Source: Escherichia coli
GTDB lineage: Bacteria; Pseudomonadota; Gammaproteobacteria; Enterobacterales; Enterobacteriaceae
Strand: one strand, 5' to 3'
Assembly: GCF_024223415.1 (NCBI RefSeq)
Contig: NZ_CP100502.1
Length of the DNA: 64,000 bases
The translations under genes and the position numbers were made by a program. Below the pieces are notes generated by a model that did no database searches, was not told the DNA's origin, and worked only from the letters and a program-made list of their open reading frames with translations. Positions 19,156-25,771 of the stretch are shown here, in pieces. How positions within the stretch are numbered: position 1 is the first letter of the stretch; each line of letters begins with the position of its first letter.

Positions 19156-20097
19156 GTGAGTAAGAAGAAAAACACCACAACGCCCACGCCGCATGATGCC
19201 GCGTTCCGGTCGTTCCTGGCGAATCCCGACGTCGCCAGAGATTTTCTGGAACTGCATCTTCCTGCGGAGTACCGGCAGTTGTGCGACCTGTCCACGCTGA
19301 AGCTGGAACCCGCCACCTTTGTTGAGCCGGACCTGCATCAGTACGCCAGCGATATCCTCTGGAGCGTGAAAACCACCGGGGGTGAAGATGGTTATGTTTA
19401 TACGCTCATCGAGCACCAGAGCACCGAAAATCTGTACATGCCTTTTCGCATGTTACGCTACAGTGTGGCGGCGATGCAGAGACATCTGGAGCAGCACAAA
19501 ACGTTGCCACTGGTCATTCCGGTGCTGTTCTATCACGGTGAGCGCAGCCCGTACCCGTACAGCATGAACTGGCTGGACTGTTTTGAGAATCCGGCGCTTG
19601 CGGCTAAAATATACACAAAGCCGTTTCCGCTGGTTGATATCACTGTCGTTGATGACAATGAAATCATGAACCATCGCCGGATGGCCGCACTGACGCTGCT
19701 GATGAAGCATATCCGTCAGCGGGATATGCTGATGTGTCTGGACAACCTGGTCAGAGCACTGCAGGACATCCAGGATGAAGAGCAGATTACAGTTCTTTTC
19801 AACTATCTGCTTAATGGCAGCGAACATGTAACGGTTGAATTTTTGCAGACGCTGGCGCAGCGACTGCCGCAGCACGAGGACAGCATTATGACACTGGCAG
19901 AACGTCTTAAGCAGGAAGGTATCCAGCAAGGTATCCAGCAGGGTATCCAGCAGGGTATCCAGCAGGGAGTTCAGCAGGGGGCGCTTCAAAAAGCACGGGA
20001 AATCGCCCGGGAGCTCCGGAACGCGGGAATGCCGGCAGCACAAATCTGTCAGCTGACCGGACTTTCTGAAGCTGAACTGAAGAACATCACTCACTGA
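19156..20097 (+). CDS. rpn: Rpn-family (YhgA-like, PD-(D/E)XK) recombination-promoting nuclease
   Basis: seq: GTG 19156 with CAGGAGG RBS (track from 19099); N-terminal 'HDAAFRSFLANPDVARDFLELHLP...YASDILWSV...YTLIEHQSTE' matches the YhgA/Rpn family from memory. Confidence 0.75.
   Translation: MSKKKNTTTPTPHDAAFRSFLANPDVARDFLELHLPAEYRQLCDLSTLKLEPATFVEPDLHQYASDILWSVKTTGGEDGYVYTLIEHQSTENLYMPFRMLRYSVAAMQRHLEQHKTLPLVIPVLFYHGERSPYPYSMNWLDCFENPALAAKIYTKPFPLVDITVVDDNEIMNHRRMAALTLLMKHIRQRDMLMCLDNLVRALQDIQDEEQITVLFNYLLNGSEHVTVEFLQTLAQRLPQHEDSIMTLAERLKQEGIQQGIQQGIQQGIQQGVQQGALQKAREIARELRNAGMPAAQICQLTGLSEAELKNITH
19888..20097 (+). CDS. Candidate intragenic small protein (RpnS-like), in frame with the rpn C-terminus
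   Basis: seq: internal ATG 19888 preceded by GAGGA at 8 nt spacing; would encode 'MTLAERLKQEG(IQQG)n...ALQKAREIARELRNAG...'. infer: by analogy with Rpn/RpnS intragenic pairs. Confidence 0.3.
   Translation: MTLAERLKQEGIQQGIQQGIQQGIQQGVQQGALQKAREIARELRNAGMPAAQICQLTGLSEAELKNITH
19919..19978 (+). repeat. Five tandem 12-bp repeats (ggtatccagcag) encoding (GIQQ)n within rpn
   Basis: seq: ggtatccagcaa, ggtatccagcag x3, ggagttcagcag in tandem. Confidence 0.9.
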
Positions 20098-20109
20098 TGA
20101 GAGCCAAAA

Positions 20110-20134
20110 GGCCCGGCAAAATGCCGGGCCTTTT
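20110..20134 (+). terminator. Rho-independent terminator after rpn
   Basis: seq: perfect 9-bp stem 'ggcccggca'/'tgccgggcc', 3-nt loop, then TTTT. Confidence 0.7.
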
Positions 20135-20158
20135 GCCAGCAGGAGCAGAGAAAACAGT

Positions 20159-20329
20159 ATGACGATTGCAGAACGTCTTATACAGAAAGGTTTTGAAAAA
20201 GGTGCTCTTGAAGTGGCGCGGGAAATAGCCTGCCGGCTTCGGGATATGGGCTGGACGCCGGAACGGATTCAGGAGGCCACGGGACTTTCCGGTGAAGAAC
20301 TGAAAAAACTGTTTCCTGATGAGCAGTAG
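20159..20329 (+). CDS. Free-standing small protein resembling the Rpn C-terminal tail (RpnS-like)
   Basis: seq: 56 aa 'MTIAERLIQKGFEKGALEVAREIACRLRDMGWTPERIQEATGLSGEELKKLFPDEQ' aligns with the rpn tail 'MTLAERLKQEG...GALQKAREIARELRNAGMPAAQICQLTGLSEAELKNITH'; AGGAG upstream; below the track's 60-aa cutoff. Confidence 0.5.
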   Translation: MTIAERLIQKGFEKGALEVAREIACRLRDMGWTPERIQEATGLSGEELKKLFPDEQ

Positions 20330-20359
20330 CCTGGCATTCTGCCAGGCTGTGAACCACGC

Positions 20360-20611
20360 TCACACATCCTCTGCCGTTTCCCCCAGTTCATTTTCCAGAC
20401 GCCTGATGATATCTGCCTTGCGCATCCCCTGCATGTGAGGCAGCAGGTCACGGACTGAAAGTGCCTGGGTGGTCCTCCAGACGGTGACATCCACCTGTTC
20501 CGCATTTTCCCAGGCGTGCCATGTTCTCTGTGTCACGCCAAATTCTCTGGCCGCTTTTTCGCGTGACCAGAGCATGCTTTTTCGCCAGATTCGCAGTTCC
20601 CAGCCGGTCAT
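20360..20611 (-). CDS. Small helix-turn-helix regulator
   Basis: seq: 83 aa; 'REKAAREFGVTQRTWHAWEN' looks like an HTH; one of only two minus-strand genes in the leading region. Confidence 0.5.
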   Translation of the reverse strand: MTGWELRIWRKSMLWSREKAAREFGVTQRTWHAWENAEQVDVTVWRTTQALSVRDLLPHMQGMRKADIIRRLENELGETAEDV

Positions 20612-20625
20612 AAAACACCTTTGAA

Positions 20626-20712
20626 AAAGTGAAAAAACTTCACTTTATTTTATCACCATAACCACCAAATCAGCGCGAAAAATAAGTGTGAAAAAGTGAA
20701 GGAATTTCACTT
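20626..20712. promoter_or_regulatory. Two palindromic operator-like sites AAGTGAA-N5-TTCACTT upstream of the HTH gene
   Basis: seq: palindromes at 20627..20645 and 20694..20712. Confidence 0.4.
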
Positions 20713-20814
20713 TTTTTGATTGTAGGTGTCGTGCTGTTTTCTCTGTTTTCACCTGTGCGGGAGTGGTGTGCCAGTGACCACCACATGCCATTGTTGCGCC
20801 GTCGTTTTTCTTCA

Positions 20815-21140
20815 GTCGCGCCGGATGCGGCGCTCCCTGCACACCTTACGGTGTGTAAGGCCACTGCGCCTGATGGCGCAGCTGTCTCTGCCTGTCTGCC
20901 GCCGCACTGCGGCCTGTTCTCCGCAGATGGACTTTCCGGGGGTACATACACGACCACATCCCGTTTCAGTCGTCCAGGGGAGAGATGTACCAGCCACAAA
21001 ACTTTTTGCCGCAGGCGTCAAAAACTTTTGCGTCTGCCCCCGGACAACTGCCCCGTGACGTGGTGAGCGTCCCCCGTCGGAAAGGTCCACTGCGGGGAAA
21101 TCCCCGAAGACCCGGACGGCAGAAGGAGCTTCGCTCCTCC
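20815..21140 (+). repeat. Family-B ssi/Frpo-like repeat, copy B3 (5'-truncated)
   Basis: seq: matches the 3' two-thirds of B1/B2 from 'ggcgctccctgcacaccttacggtgtgtaagg' onward. Confidence 0.5.
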
Positions 21141-21187
21141 GGGAAATGACCTGGCTGACCCGGCAGTCGTGACGATGAGGAGACAAT

Positions 21188-22039
21188 GTGATGAATCAGA
21201 CTTTACCCACTGCTGACCTGAATACTGCCGGCACGACAGATGTTATTCCGTCTGTGGCCATCGACCGCATCATCGCGCAGCGTAACGAAGGTATTGCACT
21301 GTTCATGCAGGCGATGGAATGCCTGGCGACAGCGCGCAGGATTCTGCTTGATGCGTCAGGTGATATTTTTCTTTACGGTTTTGAAGACTGCGTGACCGAC
21401 TCCGTTCGGTGCATGGATAAACCGGAAGAAGCGAAAAGGAATATCACCCGTCTTGCCGACCGGAAAATCTGGGACCGCCTGATGACGGATACGGGGATGT
21501 ACACCTTCATGAGTTCATGTCAGCGTGATGAGTGGAACAGCCAGCTGATGAGCGACACCTGTCCTGAAATCACCCTGGACAATGTACTGGCAACTTTTCG
21601 CCATCTGAATGCCAGTAAGATGCAGACATTTGAACAGGGACTGATTGATGTCTACCGGAAATTGTCATGGGATTACAGAACCAATAATCCCTGCCGTCTG
21701 GGCAAGAGAATCATTATTGAAAACCTGCTGTACCGCTGGAGTAACGGGCGTGTTACGCTGGACTGCAGCGGACGGGAGGCACTGGATGACCTGGTACGTC
21801 CGTTTTATCTGCTGGAGGGGCGCAACGTTCCTGACTTCCGGAGCAGCATCGGGGCGCAGTACGGTGAATTTATCGGGAACGGCGACAATGTCGGTAAGCT
21901 GTTAGAAGGGGAATATTTTACGGTGCGTGGCTACCAGAAAGGGACCGTACACATTGTCTTTAAGCGTCCTGACCTTGTTGAAAAACTGAATGATATTATT
22001 GCACGGCATTATCCTGGTTCATTGCCGCCACGAGTCTGA
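21188..22039 (+). CDS. Hypothetical protein, oriT-proximal leading-region gene
   Basis: seq: 283 aa with GAGGAG RBS, directly after copy B3. Confidence 0.5.
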   Translation: MMNQTLPTADLNTAGTTDVIPSVAIDRIIAQRNEGIALFMQAMECLATARRILLDASGDIFLYGFEDCVTDSVRCMDKPEEAKRNITRLADRKIWDRLMTDTGMYTFMSSCQRDEWNSQLMSDTCPEITLDNVLATFRHLNASKMQTFEQGLIDVYRKLSWDYRTNNPCRLGKRIIIENLLYRWSNGRVTLDCSGREALDDLVRPFYLLEGRNVPDFRSSIGAQYGEFIGNGDNVGKLLEGEYFTVRGYQKGTVHIVFKRPDLVEKLNDIIARHYPGSLPPRV

Positions 22040-22050
22040 TTAAACAGAAA

Positions 22051-22080
22051 AGCCCTGGTATTTATGCCGGGGCTTTTTTT
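22051..22080 (+). terminator. Rho-independent terminator
   Basis: seq: 'agccc...gggct' stem followed by a T7 run just after the 21188..22039 stop. Confidence 0.5.
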
Positions 22081-22123
22081 CTGTAATCATCATAATATCA
22101 GAACATGATGTGACATTGTCACA

Positions 22124-22459
22124 TCAATTGTTGTTCATATCGATGCCATCTTTCCTGGCTGAATCTGTCTTTTTAGATGCTGTTTTAGAGGAAGAACGGC
22201 GGGATGGCTTTTTCGATTCTGCTTCCCGAATAATGTCACGAAGTGCCTTCTCTCCTACTTCATACCCTGCATTTTTGAGCGTATCACGAACATCTGCCAG
22301 TGTATAACCCTTTGTCCTTACCAGAACAATAATGTCATCACGAATGGCATCAAGAAAATCACGCAATGTTTTCCGTTGAGCGGTGAGATCTGGCAATTCC
22401 GATAAAGCAGCTTTTGCCAGCTGGATGTCATCATCTGAGTAAAATTTTTTAGAAGCCAT
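22124..22459 (-). CDS. Hypothetical protein with Lys/Ser/Arg-rich C-terminal tail
   Basis: seq: ATG 22459 with GGAGAG upstream (track GTG 22465); tail 'KKPSRRSSSKTASKKTDSARK' is histone-like; transcribed divergently from nikA. Confidence 0.4.
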   Translation of the reverse strand: MASKKFYSDDDIQLAKAALSELPDLTAQRKTLRDFLDAIRDDIIVLVRTKGYTLADVRDTLKNAGYEVGEKALRDIIREAESKKPSRRSSSKTASKKTDSARKDGIDMNNN

Positions 22460-22586
22460 TGGCACTTTCTCTCCGTTTCATGTTGAAGTCTGATTTTATC
22501 ATCAAAAACTGACTCCTGGCAGGGCTGCGCCCTGCCTCTGCCGTCTGCATAAGACTATGATGCACAAAAATAACAGGCTATAATGG

Positions 22587-22648
22587 CCTGAAAAACGGGA
22601 CAGGATGTGCAATTGTAATACCGTCACACGCGACGCTATTACAATTGC
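22587..22648 (-). other. oriT: Origin of transfer (oriT) core with 17-bp inverted repeat and nic region
   Basis: seq: minus-strand 'ggtattacaattgcacatcctgtcccgtttttcagg' with arms 22609..22625 and 22632..22648. known: from memory the R64 nic lies in 'CATCCTG|TCCCG'; position upstream of nikA fits. Confidence 0.6.
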
Positions 22649-22692
22649 CATCTGGTCAGGGCTTCGCCCCGACACCCCGTAAGGAGCCTGAA

Positions 22693-23025
22693 GTGAGTGA
22701 TAGTGCGGTAAGAAAGAAAAGTGAGGTACGGCAAAAGACAGTTGTCAGGACACTCAGATTCTCTCCTGTTGAGGATGAAACCATCAGGAAAAAAGCTGAA
22801 GATTCCGGACTTACTGTATCTGCTTACATCCGAAATGCAGCACTGAATAAGCGAATTAACTCCCGTACAGATGATGCTTTTCTGAAGGAGTTAATGAGAC
22901 TGGGAAGGATGCAGAAGCATCTGTTTGTTCAGGGAAAAAGAACCGGTGACAAGGAATACGCAGAAGTGCTTGTTGCCATAACCGAACTTACAAATACATT
23001 GCGTAAACAGTTAATGGAAGGTTGA
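22693..23025 (+). CDS. nikA: Relaxosome accessory protein NikA
   Basis: seq: GTG 22693 with AAGGAG RBS gives 110 aa 'MSDSAVRKKSEVRQKTVVRTLRFSPVEDETIRKKAEDSGLTVSAYIRNAAL', matching R64 NikA in size and sequence from memory. Confidence 0.85.
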   Translation: MSDSAVRKKSEVRQKTVVRTLRFSPVEDETIRKKAEDSGLTVSAYIRNAALNKRINSRTDDAFLKELMRLGRMQKHLFVQGKRTGDKEYAEVLVAITELTNTLRKQLMEG

Positions 23026-23035
23026 GGATTCTCCG

Positions 23036-25735
23036 GTGAATGCAGTCATTCCGAAAAAGAGAAGGGACGGCAAGTCTTCGTTCGAAGACCTGGTATCCTA
23101 CGTCTCTGTCCGGGATGACATGACCGATGAGGAACTGGATTTATCTTCTTCTTCGCAGGCTGAACAACCGCACCGAAGCCGTTTCAGTCGCCTTGTTGAT
23201 TATGCGACACGTCTTCGAAATGAGTCATTCGTGGCGCTGGTTGATGTCATGAAGGACGGCTGCGAATGGGTCAACTTTTATGGTGTCACCTGCTTTCATA
23301 ACTGTACTTCTCTTGAAACTGCCGCTGCAGATATGGAGTACATTGCCCGGCAGGCACACTATGCAAAAGATGACACTGATCCTGTTTTTCACTACATCCT
23401 TTCCTGGCAGTCACATGAAAGCCCGCGTCCGGAACAGATTTATGACAGTGTACGTCATACGCTGAAATCACTCGGCCTTGCCGACCATCAGTATGTCTCT
23501 GCCGTGCATACTGATACAGATAATCTGCACGTCCATGTGGCTGTTAACCGGGTACACCCTGAAACGGGTTATCTGAACCGGTTATCCTGGAGTCAGGAAA
23601 AACTCAGTCGTGCCTGCCGTGAGCTTGAACTGAAGCATGGTTTTGCTCCGGATAACGGTTGCTGGGTCCATGCACCGGGAAATCGTATCGTTCGCAAAAC
23701 CGCCGTTGAACGTGATCGCCAGAACGCGTGGACACGCGGGAAAAAACAAACTTTTCGCGAGTATGTCGCGCAGACAGCGGTCGCTGGTTTACGCAGTGAA
23801 CCTGTAAATGACTGGTTATCCCTGCATCGTCGTCTTGCGGAAGATGGTCTGTACCTGTCTCAGATGGACGGAAAATTTCTGGTGATGGATGGCTGGGATC
23901 GCAACAGGGAAGGTGTACAGCTTGACTCGTTTGGTCCCTCCTGGTGTGCAGAAAAACTCATGAAAAAAATGGGTGACTACACGCCAGTACCAAAAGACAT
24001 TTTCAGCCAGGTGGAAGCACCAGGACGCTATAATCCGGACTTCATTGCCGCTGATGTTCGCCCGGAAAAAATCGCTGAAACAGAAAGTCTGCAGCAGTAT
24101 GCCTGTCGTCATCTTGGAGAACGTCTGCCGGAAATGGCACGGGAAGGACGGCTGGAAAACTGCCAGGCTATTCACCGCACACTGGCTGAAGCGGGATTAT
24201 GGATGCGTGTTCAGCATGGTCACCTGGTTATCTGTGACGGTTATGATCATAACCAGACTCCCGTTCGTGCTGACAGCGTATGGTCGCTGCTGACGCTCGA
24301 CAATGTGAATCAACTCGATGGTGGCTGGCAGCCTGTACCAACAGATATTTTCCGCCAGGTTACGCCAACAGAACGCTTCCGTGGTCGTCGTATGGAGAGC
24401 TGTCCTGCGACCGATAAAGAATGGCACCGTATGCGTACAGGCACGGGGCCGCAGGGGGCTATCAAACGCGAACTGTTTTCTGACAAAGAAAGTCTGTGGG
24501 GATACAGCATCAGCCATTGTAGCCCTCAGATTGAAGAAATGATCACACAGGGTGAGTTTACCTGGCAGCGTTGTCATGAGCTGTTTGCACAACAGGGACT
24601 GATGCTACAGAAACAACATCACGGGCTTGTTGTCGTTGATGCCTTTAATCATGAGCAAACGCCGGTGAAGGCCAGCAGCATTCATCCTGATCTGACACTG
24701 GGGCGTGCAGAGCCACAGGCCGGACCTTTTGTGAGTGCCCCAGCAGATTTGTTTGACAGGGTGCAACCTGAAAGTCGCTATAACCCGGAGCTGGCTGTCA
24801 GTGACAGGTACGGGGTCAGCAGTAAACGTGACCCAATGCTGCGCCGGCAGCGACGTGAAGCCAGAGCTGAGGCCCGTGCTGACCTGCGTGCCCGCTATCT
24901 GGCATGGCGTGAACAATGGCGTAAACCAGATCTGCGTTATGGGGAACGTTGTCGGGAAATTCATCAGGCATGCCGTCTGCGGAAGTCACACATTCGTGCG
25001 CAGTACGATGATCCGGCATTACGTAAGCTGCATTATCACATTGCAGAAGTTCAGCGAATGCAGGCATTGATCAGGCTGAAAGAAGACATCAGGGATGAGC
25101 GACAGAAACTTATTGCTGATGGGAAATGGTATCCACCCTCTTACCGTCAGTGGGTCGAAATTCAGGCTGCTCAGGGAGACAGGGCTGCTGTATCGCAGCT
25201 GAGAGGCTGGGATTATCGCGATCGCCGTAAAGACAGGTCACGCACAACGACGACAGACCGCTGTGTCGTGCTTTGTGAACCGGGCGGAACGCCGGTATAC
25301 GGTAATACCGGTGATCTCGAGGCCCGTCTGCAGAAGAACGGGAGTGTTCGTTTCCGTGACCGTCGGACGGGAGAGTTTGTCTGTACGGATTATGGTGACA
25401 GGGTTGTTTTCCGTAATCACCATGACCGCAATGCGCTGGCAGATAAACTGGATTTGATTGCACCGGTATTATTCGGGCGTGATCCACGCATGGGTTTTGA
25501 ACCAGAAGGAAACGACAAACAATTTAACCAGGTCTTTGCTGAAATGGTTGCCTGGCATAATGTGACAGGCCGTACCGGTCACGAAGACTACAGGATTACG
25601 CGACCGGACGTGGATCATCACCGTGAAGGAAGTGAACGCTACTACCGCGATTATATCGCGGCGAACAGCAACAATGACGCATCACTGCCTCCGCCGGAGC
25701 AGGATAAACGCTGGGAACCGCCTTCTCCAGGTTAA
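23036..25735 (+). CDS. nikB: Relaxase NikB
   Basis: seq: 899 aa right after nikA; His-rich motif 'HTDTDNLHVHVAVNRVHP'; size matches R64 NikB. Confidence 0.9.
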   Translation: MNAVIPKKRRDGKSSFEDLVSYVSVRDDMTDEELDLSSSSQAEQPHRSRFSRLVDYATRLRNESFVALVDVMKDGCEWVNFYGVTCFHNCTSLETAAADMEYIARQAHYAKDDTDPVFHYILSWQSHESPRPEQIYDSVRHTLKSLGLADHQYVSAVHTDTDNLHVHVAVNRVHPETGYLNRLSWSQEKLSRACRELELKHGFAPDNGCWVHAPGNRIVRKTAVERDRQNAWTRGKKQTFREYVAQTAVAGLRSEPVNDWLSLHRRLAEDGLYLSQMDGKFLVMDGWDRNREGVQLDSFGPSWCAEKLMKKMGDYTPVPKDIFSQVEAPGRYNPDFIAADVRPEKIAETESLQQYACRHLGERLPEMAREGRLENCQAIHRTLAEAGLWMRVQHGHLVICDGYDHNQTPVRADSVWSLLTLDNVNQLDGGWQPVPTDIFRQVTPTERFRGRRMESCPATDKEWHRMRTGTGPQGAIKRELFSDKESLWGYSISHCSPQIEEMITQGEFTWQRCHELFAQQGLMLQKQHHGLVVVDAFNHEQTPVKASSIHPDLTLGRAEPQAGPFVSAPADLFDRVQPESRYNPELAVSDRYGVSSKRDPMLRRQRREARAEARADLRARYLAWREQWRKPDLRYGERCREIHQACRLRKSHIRAQYDDPALRKLHYHIAEVQRMQALIRLKEDIRDERQKLIADGKWYPPSYRQWVEIQAAQGDRAAVSQLRGWDYRDRRKDRSRTTTTDRCVVLCEPGGTPVYGNTGDLEARLQKNGSVRFRDRRTGEFVCTDYGDRVVFRNHHDRNALADKLDLIAPVLFGRDPRMGFEPEGNDKQFNQVFAEMVAWHNVTGRTGHEDYRITRPDVDHHREGSERYYRDYIAANSNNDASLPPPEQDKRWEPPSPG

Positions 25736-25741
25736 AAAAAA

Positions 25742-25766
25742 GGCCGCGCCAGAATCCGGCGCGGCC
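25742..25766 (-). terminator. Terminator hairpin between convergent nikB and trbC
   Basis: seq: stem 'ggccgcgcc'/'ggcgcggcc' with an A8 run on the + side (U-run for minus-strand transcripts). Confidence 0.55.
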
Positions 25767-25771
25767 ACTGT

